DNA of 32,841 nucleotides from Octopus bimaculoides (Eukaryota): positions 166,437,913 through 166,470,753 of the forward strand of contig NC_068981.1 of assembly GCF_001194135.2 (NCBI RefSeq). Reading direction: 5' to 3'. The notes under the pieces were generated by a model. The model was given only the letters and a program-made list of their open reading frames with translations. It had not been told where the DNA came from and did not search any database. The translations under genes were made by a program, and so were the position numbers. Of the stretch, positions 10,333 to 21,752 are shown one piece after another; position 1 is the stretch's first letter, and every line of letters starts with the position of its first letter.

Positions 10333-10377
<45 letters not shown>
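9928..10377. repeat. two (TA)n arrays flanking 41 nt of unique sequence and an assembly gap (10004-10331)
   Basis: Direct reading. Confidence 0.95.
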
Positions 10378-10380
<3 letters not shown>

Positions 10381-10451
10381 CAATGGGTTTTACACAGTGT
10401 CTGTCTTACAAATTACACTCACAGAGCATTTTATTTTTATTCAATGCTAAA

Positions 10452-10536
10452 GTAAAGCACACTTGCCCAAGACACTACATGTTTAGACTGAAGCAAGGAT
10501 TACATGCTTGCAAAGCAAACATTGTAACCACACTGT
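10452..10536 (-). mobile_element. old SINE family C head fragment
   Basis: cacacttgcccaagacactacatg..gactgaa..cacatg/tacatg..aaccacac is similar to the reverse complement of 8530-8590. Confidence 0.5.
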
Positions 10537-10796
10537 AACATTAGTATTACATTTTATGAATCATTAAATGATAATTGCTTAAATGGTAAAGCTCACTTGG
10601 AAGATTGTTGGTTGATGGTGGGAGACAAACAATATGCTTTGATTCTGTTCAATAAATGAAGTGTGTATTATAGTCACTTAAAAAGTGTCTGCTTAAATAA
10701 TAAATTTGAACATTGTTTCATATGATACCTTATTTAAAAAGAAAAAGAAAAAAACAGTATACCAATGTATGTATCTGTGTATGAAACATTTTATAG

Positions 10797-10820
10797 TATT
10801 CGGAGTACATTCCAACATTG
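10797..10820 (+). CDS. candidate 24-nt micro-exon
   Basis: attttatag|TATTCGGAGTACATTCCAACATTG|gtaaga; all three frames open; 64 nt upstream of the next candidate exon. Confidence 0.22.
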
Positions 10821-10884
10821 GTAAGATTAGTTTCAGAATCATTACTCTTTGTTCAGTTTTCTAAACCTTGCTTTTCTGTTGCAG

Positions 10885-10926
10885 AGCAACATAAGCAGTT
10901 TCTACCTAGCTATAAGTTGCTATCAT
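10885..10926 (+). CDS. candidate 42-nt exon (EQHKQFLPSYKLLS or SNISSFYLAISCYH)
   Basis: Strong acceptor ccttgcttttctgttgcag, donor CAT|gtaagc, length divisible by 3. Confidence 0.28.
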
Positions 10927-11724
10927 GTAAGCATTACATAAATTAAAAGGGAACCAATTGATAAGTTATTGGTGCATTAATAACCCAACTTAATCCCCAG
11001 GCCTCTCCCTGACAAAGTACTATTTTCTCCAAGCATCTTAATAACTTCCTGCAAAAGGAGATCAACAACCAAGCAACAGTTCAAAATACCTTCAAAGAAT
11101 TCATTGGTTTGAGGATTCTAGAATTCTATGTTACTGGAATAAATAGACTTGTTTCTTACTGTCATAAAGATTTTAATGGATTCTTTTAATATAATTTATT
11201 CTAAGCAGAGACACATTGCTTTTAAAGTTGATAGTGAAAAAAGTTTAATTATTTTTGTGCAAACTTGATATAATGTACTACAGAACAATACAACTATCTT
11301 TTTATGCAATTTCTCTGGTGACAGAAAAATGGAATCAGTTGGGCAGGTTTCAGTCTTCATTGTGATTTCATTAACAACTGATCTCCCATCCCTAACTGTC
11401 CAGAGATACTGATTGGCTGAAATCTATAGAGTTATTCTGTACTACCTTTAGCATCAAAACCAGTTAAGAATATTAATTCTGAAAGTGGATTTTCTGATAC
11501 CTATACCAAGATTTTGAGGTATAGTATGACTGCAAAATTCATTTAACAAAATTATATTTGTTTTTGACATGCTACCTGGTTATTGCCACCATCTGATCTT
11601 TGGATAATTAAGAATCATGTCTTATGACAGATGCTTCGAGAAACTTAGTAAAGGGAGGTTAGTCTATAATCCTTCTTGCAAGGGAGATCATTCAACTATT
11701 TAGCTACATAGACCACTACATGAG

Positions 11725-11991
11725 TTAGAGATTTACTTCAAGCAAAAGCAAAGTGAGAGCTGGTAGGTCATTTAAGCAGAACAGAGTTAAATAAGATGGA
11801 CAAAAAGAACTACTGAATGGTTTCTGCACGAGAGATTGAGAAGGTGGTTGGAGTGGTGGTGGTGGCAGGGAGGAGGGACATTGAGGTAATGCATGAAGGC
11901 ATTGAAGGGAAGTACAATTCCAGTTTGGACAAGAATGGCAGTGGACTGGAAGAGGTGGAAATATTTTGATGAAGTATACATCCAACAGTAA
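11725..11991 (+). pseudogene. old fragment of a second RTE-type LINE lineage (ORF2 C-terminus)
   Basis: LVGHLSR, then a frameshift to RWTKRTTEW...WTRMAVDWKRWKYFDEVYIQQ* (11794-11991). Matches the WAGHVAR..RWTKxxxEW..WxRxAxDRxxW..EAYxQQW terminus of RTE elements. Confidence 0.6.
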
Positions 11992-13149
11992 ACTACTTTA
12001 TGAATAATTCAGAAAACAGTATCAAGAAGTGGAGTTGATATGTATTAATTGCACATCTTGAAACTAATGTATGCTTTCAACAATATATCATAAGAGCTAT
12101 GGGTTATGACTATTGTACTTTAAACTCCCCAGCCAGTCTATCCTGAAATGTTTATATATAATTGAAATGTTTTTATTCTTGTTCATTAACAAGAGTTTGA
12201 ACTTTGTAAATCTTCTGTGTATGAGATCTTTTGATCAATTAACCTAAATTGATGAAATTGAATTATTAAGGAAGTTAATACATGGAAGATAAAACTTGTT
12301 CTGCATTAATTTGACATCTTAATCCCCTGTGTCTATTAAGTGTAGTGTCATCAAATTAGCCAGTTTATTGACTCAAATTATTATCTCACAAGTAATCTCT
12401 CCTTGTTTGTCTTCTTTAAAATAGTAACAATACTGAATTGGTAGACATGGTGTGTACACATGGTCTGATAAATAAGTATCCAGACTGTTGCAATAGTAAT
12501 GAAGCTAAAGCATGGAGAGTGAAGCCACTTGGCACAAATTGACCTTTAACTCTGCTGTGCATTCACACTAAGTTTTAACATTCTAGCTAACTTCCACTGT
12601 TTACAGCAATGCTTGGAAGGAATGTGTGTAGTGTGTGATCATCACATTGACCATGATTGATACCCACGTCCAGTCTTTTTAAAGCTCCAGTAGCACTAAG
12701 AAAACTCATTTGAGATTCATAGCTGCAATCTCTTATTTGAAAGTTTGAGGGATGCCAGTAATTGAATTGGCTCCAGTACTTGACTGATACATATTCTGTC
12801 CTAGTGACCCAATGTATATAGGACTTTCTCATCTGTCACTAAACTTCTTAACTGTTCTGCCAAAGTTAAAACACGAGAAGTTGGATCACCAAATTGTTCC
12901 ACTTAAAACTTCCATCCTGTTCTTAGCTTTTATACTTGTTTAAATGTCCGATCAAATACAATTGTCATATGATCAAAGTGAAATATTCTGATTACATGAT
13001 TATTGAATATTCTTTAAACTAATGATCATATGTCAAGAGTTTAAACTTTGCTTCATGTAGTTTGGGCACATAACAGTCCATAATTCTGCTTGCCTTGGTT
13101 TTACTGCTTGCCTAAGAAAACCAGTTTTGCAAAAGAACGAATTAAATAA

Positions 13150-13352
13150 TCTTTTCTACTATAGCCACAAGGCCTGAAATTTGGGGGAGGGGACGAGTCG
13201 ATTACATTGACCTCAGTGTTTCATTAGTACTTAATTTGTCAACCCTGAAAGGATGAAAGGCAAAGTTGACCTGGCAGAATTTGAACTCAGAACGCAGCAA
13301 CAGGCGAAATACTGCCAAGCATTTCATCCAGTATACTAACGATTCAGCCAGC
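13150..13352 (-). mobile_element. SINE family B
   Basis: gccacaaggcctgaaattt..gtcgattacattgacc..ctgaaaggatgaaaggcaaagttgacc..aatttgaactcagaacg is the reverse complement of the family consensus seen at 20206. Confidence 0.85.
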
Positions 13353-13659
13353 GCATACTTTAGACAACATTATTAAATCTGTGTGCTACATCTAAATAGA
13401 AATAACAATAAAATAAAAAAGATGGGTCATAACTGGGATATTTTATATCATAGGTTAGCTGGTTCAGGTATAACCTAAATTGAAATAACTTTATGGTTGT
13501 GAAATGAGCATAAGGAAAAAATAGTATTTGAGTCAGCAAAAATATTTTCCTCCCTGACTTTAGAGTTGGGTGGAATTAACTTTACAGGAAGTTGTGTCTG
13601 GTACAAGTTTTAAATCTTGGTTGAGGTTTTATTTATTTTAATTTCATTCTTAAATTCAT

Positions 13660-13785
13660 AATGGCAGAATAGTTAGAGCTTCAGACCAAATGCCTTGTAG
13701 TATTTAGTTGTGTATCTTTGTATTATGAGTTCAAATACTGCTGAGATCAACTTTGACTCTCTTCCTTCTGAGGGTCAGTATTAGA
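13660..13785 (+). mobile_element. old SINE family B 5' part
   Basis: ggcagaatagttagagc..aaatgcc..gagttcaaatactgctgagatcaactttgac. Confidence 0.55.
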
Positions 13786-14088
13786 TCAATCTAATCAATA
13801 TCCTCTCTCCAAATATATGTGGAATTATGTTAGGAATCAATTTTCTTGAATTGTTTAGAGAGTTACTATCAGTATTCTCTCTCTCTCACACACACACACA
13901 CGCACATACAACACTTGATTTCAAATGAAGAAAACACTATTTGAGACTTCATAAAGAAACACAAAGGAAGTCACAAACCCAAAACACTTTACATACTATA
14001 AAATGCTTTAAGGAAAGGAAAAGTCACACAGTGCTCCTACTATTTACCTACTTAATTTGAAGCTTATTTTGTTGATATTATTATCATA

Positions 14089-14280
14089 AAGGTGGCAAAC
14101 TAGGCAAAATGGTTTGTGGCATTTTTTGTCCGCCTTTACATTGGGAGTTCAAATTCATCTGAGGTCAACTTTGCCTTTCACCCTTTCTGGGTCAATAAAA
14201 TAAGTACCAGTTGAATAAGTCGATGTAATCGACTTACCCCCTTCTCCAAAATTACTGCCCTTGTGGCAAAATTTGAAACC
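14089..14280 (+). mobile_element. SINE family B, copy 1 of a tandem trio
   Basis: aaggtggcaaactaggcaaaatgg..gagttcaaattcatctgaggtcaactttgcctttcaccc..aataagtaccag..cgatgtaatcgact..ccttgtggc, followed by (ATT)n. Confidence 0.85.
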
Positions 14281-14307
14281 ATTATTATTATTATTATTAT
14301 TATTATT

Positions 14308-14475
14308 AAGGCAGTGAGCTGGCAGAATCTGCATACCAGTATTTCATTCATCGTCACGTTCTGAGTTCAAATTCTGTTGAGGTCGATAAAATAAATACCA
14401 GCTGAGTACTGAGATCGATGTAATCGACTATCCCCTCACCCAAATTTCAGGCCTTGTGCCTATAATTTAAAGGTC
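14308..14475 (+). mobile_element. SINE family B, copy 2 (internally deleted)
   Basis: aaggcagtgagctggcagaa..ttctgagttcaaattc..gaggtcgataaaataaatacc..cgatgtaatcgact..ccttgtgcc. Confidence 0.8.
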
Positions 14476-14488
14476 GATTATTATTTAG

Positions 14489-14692
14489 ATGGCAAGCTGG
14501 CAGAATTTTTACCATGCCAGGCAAAATGCTTAGCAGAATTTTGTCTGTCTGACATTCTGAGTTCCAATGCCATTAAGGTTGACTTTGCTTTTTATCCTTT
14601 TGGGGCCAAACAAAGGACCATTTGAGCACTGGGGTTGACGTAACAGACTTGTCACCCTCCAAATATTTCACGCTTTGTGCCTATAATAGAAA
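14489..14692 (+). mobile_element. SINE family B, copy 3
   Basis: ggcaagctggcagaa..aaatgcttagc..ttctgagttcc..gactttgctttttatccttttgggg..cactggggttgacgtaac..ttgtgcctataatagaaag. Confidence 0.8.
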
Positions 14693-15689
14693 GAGTGGCA
14701 AAATTGATAAAACTCTGAACAAAAGTTCTATACTGAATTTAGAAATCGTTATTCTTCTCAGCATTCTCCTGTTGCTAAAGAATGGATCTTTATATTTACT
14801 TGAACAGTATTCCTAGCAATGTCTGTTGGCTAATTAGTTGAATTTGAACCATGGTAATTTTGCATGTTTTATTTACTTGAGAGTTGGTATATGCAAAAAT
14901 AACTATAAATAAATGCATCTGTGTGAACCTAGTATGTTATAGATATGTTTGCAAGTCCAACTTTATTTATACATATATATAACGACTGTCGACTATTCTT
15001 TTAAGAATATATTTTATACTGATAGGGATTCAGTGCTTTTTCAGTTAATGTTTGAATGCCTTTATGTATCTTCTTGGAGTTGCTACAATTTAGATGCATT
15101 TTACCATGCCATATCAAGTGTCTTTTCTCCATTAACTTCGGTTGGTCCTCAGTTTCCTGTTGCGTCTCTGTCAATAACATTAATATAGTTTAGTGGTCAC
15201 TGCTCTCTATAAGGGTGCAAGAGACTCCAAAGTATAACTTCTGACATGGCCTGTTGTTTGGCACAATCACAGTTTATGTATCATTAATTATGCATAATAC
15301 ACATATGCACACACATATATACACACATACTCACACAAAACATGCATGCATTGTTGCCAAAATATTTTAAATAGCCTCCTAATGACAAGGAGTGTTGACA
15401 ATTTACTTTGTTATTGTGTGTTACTTATCTAGTGTTTTTAACTCACAGTACATGCTTGTAATCATCTGAGTAATTTTTATCAATAAATGCCAGAAATTTC
15501 AGGATGATTCAATCAAATTTTGGCTAAACTTCCAACTGAATATAGACCCCCTCCCCATAAGTAAAATAAACTTATGTTTTAAGTTTTAGAGGTATTTACG
15601 TGGTGGAACCTTAAAATTTTTTTTTGTGGATTGAAAGTAAGGGATAAAGGGAGCATTAAATGTTTGAATTGTTATAGGTTAATAGGGTT

Positions 15690-15888
15690 GTTTAGCATAA
15701 GGTTAGATCTGATCAAGTAGATGAACAAACATACCGACCATGACCATCCTGTTCGTTTTTCTATTCATTTTATCTAGGACAACATTATTCAGTGTGTCCT
15801 TCCTTCTTTTTAAAACAGTAAAGTGTGATGTGAGGGAGATTTGCTTGCTATTCCTAGAAGATCAAGCAACTGTATAGAAGCCTTCCTT
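15690..15888 (+). repeat. unclassified interspersed repeat (family E)
   Basis: ctgatcaag..atgaccatcc..tatctaggacaacattat..tgtgtccttcctt..gtgatgtgagggagatttgcttgctatttctag; colinear with 23235-23430 and 31465-31645. Confidence 0.7.
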
Positions 15889-16838
15889 GCCAGCTCAGTA
15901 GTTGGAAGGAAATCTGATCGGAGAGAGTTCCAGAGGGATGCATTTCCTTGAGAGTAGGAATTAAATATATCAGACAAGTGTGGGGAAATAGCATGTATGT
16001 ATAAAAAGAGGAAACGGCATCAAGTGGGTTTATGTGCCAAACTTTAGAACTCTCTTCCATTTCATTGTGTCCCCCCCCCCTTCCTCGAACTCTTTCAAGT
16101 GTAAAGTAAATTCGTTCCTTTCATCTGAATTTCTCCTTTGTAGTCCCTTATACCTAGTGGCTCTTCACCTTATTTGGGACCTTCAATTAAAGAAATAAAG
16201 TGATATGGATTTAGTTAATTCTTTATTTTTCAGAACAGAAACCACTGGAAGCTGAGAGAGAGGTGTTGATTTTGAAAAATGAGTTTTAAGCACAGTAATT
16301 TGAAACTTTGTCTTTGGATTATTGCTGGTTAAGTCCAGCTATCACTATTAGTGTGGACCTGTAGGCTGAACATTTATAAAACGAGATACTTAGGAATAAC
16401 CTTTTAATTTTTAACCCTAAGTTTGTCATGCTAAAAGCATGACAAGCTTAGAGTGAAAAATTAATTGGTCTGAACCATGTTGCAGTGGTTGGCATTGAGT
16501 CTTGTTCATGTATCTATGAAGCATCTAGTGGTATCTACAGTGGGGAAGACAGAGTGTATTTGGTCAATGAACAATGGTGCTGGTGTGGTCCAAAAAAAAA
16601 GAAAAAAAAAAACCAGTGTTGCTGCATATATGTTTACCTAGGTCAGGCTAGTTGAACTAGCAGTTTTAAGATGGTATTGTTGTTGAACCATTTGAATGTC
16701 TGTGGGTGGATATGTTGCTTACACTGGAGCAGAATTGTTCACCTTGTATGCCTTACATGCTTTTATAGCTTTGTATCTTAGTTTTATTGTTTGGAGAGTA
16801 ACCTAGCTTGTGCTATTTAAGAATGATATTCAGAACAT

Positions 16839-16841
<3 letters not shown>

Positions 16842-16889
<48 letters not shown>
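16842..16889. repeat. (AT)n microsatellite
   Basis: Direct reading. Confidence 0.97.
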
Positions 16890-16892
<3 letters not shown>

Positions 16893-17558
16893 AATATATA
16901 TAATTATGACTAGGTGCTATGGAAAGGCATTTGTGTGTCTGTGTGTGTTACTGCCAGAAACATTTCTGTATGTCTCTGTCAGTAATATGCACACACACAT
17001 GCAAACACACAAAACTACAAGGCATAAATTGGGTGAATTAGTTAAAATATGTAAATAATGTAAATAACTTAATGAGTTATTACTAAGCATAACATTTATG
17101 CTTGACTATCCTAGAAACAGACAGCAATATAACAACTGCCAAAACAACACTACCACTGCTACAATTACAACTGAGGCAAACATAAAATTTCATAGGTTCA
17201 TCTGACTCATTACAACAATGATAGAATAAGTACCAGTAATAAGTTAGGGATCAAAGTAAGCACCAACAATAAGCTAGGGATCAAGTCTAGACTATAACTC
17301 CTAGAATACAAAACTGTCAGCTTCTAGAAAAAAAAAGCCATTTTTCACCTTGAAGACATTCAGTGTGAAAACCCTGTTTTTAATATTTTGATAAATTTCC
17401 TTCAAGACAACATATTACAAGTACTTTCCCATATTTTTTTACACATTATGTTATACACACCAGTAGTTTAATCTGAGGCTGCTTCAGTTATCAATACTAA
17501 TCTAAAAGTAATTTTGTCATTATTAAACTGGTGTTTGGAGCATAAAGAAGAGAAAGAT

Positions 17559-17784
17559 AAATCACTATTTTGCTACCAGCCTATTCTAGATTGTCTCAGT
17601 TTCTATGATACAAAAATCTCTGATTTCTTAGTACTCAAAAGTTAAATTAAAACCTTCCATTTCTTACACAAAATTATGATGGAAGGTTTTTATTTAAGTT
17701 TTGAGCACTATGAAATAAGAGATTTTTGTATCGTAGAACTTGAGGCAATCTAGAACAGGTTGGTATGAAAATGGTTAGTGATTT
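17559..17784. repeat. about 225-bp imperfect palindrome
   Basis: Arms 17559-17660 and 17679-17784 align at roughly 85% by hand (ttctagattg..gatacaaaaatctc..taaaaccttccat / atggaaggtttt..gagatttttgtatc..caatctagaa); 18-nt loop. Confidence 0.9.
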
Positions 17785-18440
17785 GTCCTTCTCTGACTGC
17801 CCATCTCCTCACAGCTATTAATTATAGTTTCACAATTTAGCCAATTCAATCCAATCTAATCTAATGTAATAGTCTACACCTTAATGTTGTGTTTATCTTG
17901 TTTCTAATGAAAACTAATGTTATTTGTACTTCTTATTCATAATAAAAAGATATTTGATAATCTATATTGTTATCAGTCATTAAGTTTGTTTAGATATTTA
18001 TAACTGTTCTTGTTTTGTAGTTTCATCATTCATTAAGGTCAAATTGTTAGACATGGTGTCATGAAATAAAATTGTTTGTTCTGTTTATTTTACTTGTTGC
18101 TTATTCAAAGTAACACGTAGTTCATCAATTTATTATGATGTTAATTGTCATATTAGCTATTATCATCATGCATTTTTATTTTTATATGGTGTGACCAATA
18201 AGCCACAACTAATTATTCCCTTTTATATTTTTCTGTTTCTATCTCTATCCATCTTCCTCTCTGTCTTTATCTCTCTAGCTATCTATTTCTCACAATTTAA
18301 AAAAAAACAATTCTCTCCATTTCCCCTGTCATTCCATATATTAATTTTTAAAAGTTCTAATTTTCTCCAATTTCTAATTCATAAAATACTTTTCTATGTT
18401 ATCTTGATTTAGGACACAACTTATTTCTATATATCCATAA

Positions 18441-18650
18441 GAGAGAGTCACTATATCATCAGTTACTCAACCAGTTAGGAGTAGCAACCAAATCTACCTC
18501 AAATATACTACTGTCTTAAAACAGGAGGTGCACATTGAACGGTGGAGGTCTAGATGCATTATGTCTTAAGGAAATATGGAATGATCACAGATGAAATGCA
18601 TTTGATCACAGGTCTGTTTGACTAGGGCTGAACTGGTGCTAAACAACAAA
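18441..18650 (-). repeat. unclassified interspersed repeat (family E)
   Basis: tagcaaccaaatctacctcaaat..gtcttaaaa..tctagatgcattatgtc..tttgatcacaggtctgtttgactagggctg is the reverse complement of the + copies. Confidence 0.65.
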
Positions 18651-19851
18651 AACATCAGCCCATCTATTTGACTTAATTACTAAAAGATTAATTTAGCTAA
18701 TTTGATGCCAATTCCCTTTTACCCTACCTTGACAACCCCATGTATTCTTTCTCACAGCTCAATATTTTGATAACTAATGAATCTGAGATGATAACTGTTC
18801 ATGGCATTTCTTTCCACATTATCATTATTCATCATGGAAGCAGGCTTAAAATTCGAAATTTAATTTCTATTTTGCAAACTCCCCAAATTTACATGGAACC
18901 ATGTTTAACACTAGTTTCAAAAGTTGTTGCTTGCTCACTATCTTATAGGATCATTTATAGCACTCTTTTTATAGGGAGTGAGGAGTTTGTGATATTAGAA
19001 CTTTTTACAAATCGTAACATTACTGACTTTTCCCCAATCATTTCAAAACTTAAATTTCTTGAAAATTAAATCCATATCTCTTGCCTAATCATCTTTGAAA
19101 AACTCTGCTTTAAAACTAAATGTGACTAATCACATCAAAGTCTGTTCCTTTTATAACCTTGAAATGCAATGATAATATGAAGCAATCAGAATATGAACCA
19201 AACAAATTGGAATATGAACCAGAGATGACTAACATAAAGTGTTATGTCAGTGCTAATGTTTTTCATGGTGATGGCATCTCTGGACACTCTCTCTGATACA
19301 TTGTCTAATACAGGCATGAGGTACCTAGAACATTCAGATGATATACAACCCTTTATGACTTCTTGTATGTCACACATAATGCTTTTTTCCATAAATCTTG
19401 AATTTGACTAATTTGGTGTTTTTCTCTCCCATTTACTCTTGCTTTCTCTTGAGCATGTTCTATTATTTGTTTAGTGTAATACATATTGTAGCTGCACTAT
19501 TTTCATTATCATCATCATAACAGGTATCTATTGAGTCCTGAGAGTCTCTCCTCTATAAAGATATAAACTTTTTTTTGGTCCCCAACCACTTCTGATTTTT
19601 AACTGTTCGTCAGTTCACTTGGAAGAGGTTATTTCACTATAATCATAGTCTAGGCAAGATTTTGAACTCAGAGCTCACATAACCTAAATAAATACCACAA
19701 GGCATCCCATCATACTAAAAATTCACTGATATTTTATCGATCTCGAAAAGATAAAAGGTGAAGCTAACCTTGGCTAGATTTGAATTGTGCCAAAGGCCAG
19801 AACAAGATAATCTATTCAACACTCTGACTCTGCCAATTCACTAACACACAT

Positions 19852-20050
19852 CATCATTTGACCTACACTTTTCCATACTTGCATGGGTTATATGGAATTT
19901 GTGGTGGCAGATTTCCTATGACCGGATGCTCTTCCTGTCACTAACACCCACCTGTTTACTAAGTAAGGTAATATTTTCTCACAGCCAAATGTTTTCCATG
20001 GAAAACTAGAAGCAAACAACCCCACTTGTGCTCATTGTGCTCACAGTGGT
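19852..20050 (-). mobile_element. old RTE-like 3' end variant
   Basis: catcatcatttgacctacacttttccatacttgcatggg..gatgctcttcctgtcactaacacc shares its terminal motifs with the RTE 3' ends. Confidence 0.45.
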
Positions 20051-20205
20051 ACTCATTTACAGCCATCATTTTGTGTCGAGAAAAGAATACACACTCACAC
20101 CACACATACATGCACACACACACATACACACATGCACACATGCGCACACACACATGAACAAAACACACATACGCGCACACTCGCACACACATACTCATGT
20201 GTGTT

Positions 20206-20438
20206 AAGGTGGCGAGCTGGCAGAAACGTTAGCATGCCCGGCGAAATGCTTAACGGTATTTCGTCTGCCGCTACGTTCTGAGTTCAAATTCCGCCAAGGT
20301 CGACTTTGCCTTTCATCCTTTCGGCGTCGATTAAATAAGTATCAGTTACGCACTGGGGTCGATATAATTGACTTAATCCGTTTGTCTGTTCTTGTTTGTC
20401 CCCTCTGTGTGTAGCCCCTTGTGGGTAGTAAAGAAATA
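20206..20438 (+). mobile_element. young full-length SINE family B with probable TSD
   Basis: CpG-rich ggcgagctggcagaaacgttagcatgcccggcgaaatgc..gttctgagttcaaattccgcc..gtcgactttgcctttcatcctttcg. Flanked by acacacaYactcatgtgt on both sides (1 mismatch). Confidence 0.9.
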
Positions 20439-20461
20439 ACACACACACACTCATGTGTACC

Positions 20462-20612
20462 AGGGACTTCTGTCAGTTTCCATCAACCAAATCCATTCTA
20501 AAGGCTTTGGGGCTATAGTAGAACAACACTCGTGTAAGGTGCCATGCAGTGGGACTGAACCCAAGATCACATGATTGAGAAGCAAGCTTCTCAACCTCAC
20601 AGCCATATCTAC
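20462..20612 (-). mobile_element. SINE family C 5' half
   Basis: ttccatcaaccaaatcc..ggctttgg..ggtgccatgcagtgggactgaaccc..gagaagcaagcttc..cacagcca. Confidence 0.75.
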
Positions 20613-21049
20613 ACAATGTTAAAATATCATTTCAGAATTATCGTGAAAGTTCTGATGAACAATGTCTCATAAAGCCTACTGTTTGGAAAAGGTTGCCCAT
20701 TCCTGATATTATAAAGTTTGTTGTCGCTTTCATGTGGATAAACTAGTTCTTCAAAACCCTCCCCCATTTTACCTAAATTCATATACAAAACTTACTTGTC
20801 TGACTTTTTCTTTATCGATGTAGCTTTCTCTAATTCTCTCTGCTCCACTTACTTTCATTTTCTCCTTTTGACTCTCTCTCTCTCTCTCGTGCTCTCTCTT
20901 TACTTTCTTGTTTTGTCTTTGTGTAAGTCTCTTTCCTTTTGTTGCAATCGATATCTTTCCATTTATTTCTCTCTCTCTCTCCCTTCCACCTCTATAGTCT
21001 TTCTTTGAATATCTATGTATATTCCTCCTCCCCTTTGTTCTTATCAATC

Positions 21050-21696
21050 TTTCTATGTTACTTTCTCTCTCGTTTCCTTAACCTCTTTCACATTTTTCTC
21101 ACCATAAGTTTTTAATGTACATCTCTTACCACTCCTCCTTCCCTCTTTCTCCTTTCTATTCCCTTTCTCTCCTCCTCTCTTCCCCCCACGCCCTTTCTCT
21201 TCCCCCACGCCCTTTCTCTTCCCCCACACCCTTTCTCTTCCCCCACGCCCTTTCTCTTCCTCCATGTCCTCTCTCTCTTCCCCCATGTCCTCTCTCTTTT
21301 CTCTCATATCCTCTCTTCCTCCATGTCCTTTCTCTCTCCTTCCACATCTTGTCTCTCCCACCACCCTCCTCGTCCTCTCTTTCTCTCTCCTTCCACATCC
21401 TCTCTTTCTCTTTCCTTCCACATCCTCTCTTTCTCTTTCCTTCCACATCCTCTCTCTCTATCTATCTCCATGTCTTTTCTCTCTCTCTCTCTCTTTCTCT
21501 CTTCATCTCCATGTCTTTCCTCTCTCTCCATCTCCATGTCTTTTCTTTCTCTCCATCTCCATGTCTTTCTCTCTTTCTATATCCATGTCTTTTCACTCTC
21601 TCTCCATCTCCATGTCTTCTCTCTCTCTCTCCCCATCTCCATGTTTTTTCTTTCGCTCCATCTCCATCTCTTTTCTCTCTCTCCCTCTCCATCTCT

Positions 21697-21752
<56 letters not shown>

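Noticed and set aside
11787-11985. Minus-strand ORFs with Pro/His runs (PPPCHHHHSNH)
   Set aside because: They come from a short (GGT)n tract within the + strand RTE relic.
12790-12900. Protein-like minus-strand frame EQFGDPTSRVLTLAEQLRSLVTDEKVLYTL
   Set aside because: Poor acceptor and donor, and its 3' end runs into a degraded SINE fragment at about 12750-12810.
18740-19069. 109-aa ORF; the minus strand contains SVKHGSM*IWGVC, resembling the Tc1 motif TVKHGGGSxMVWG
   Set aside because: Single short motif with no flanking DDE similarity or TIRs.
20206-20300. tRNA-like A/B boxes in SINE heads (also 8520 and 29219)
   Set aside because: No complete cloverleaf, and they continue into SINE core and tail, so they are not tRNA genes.
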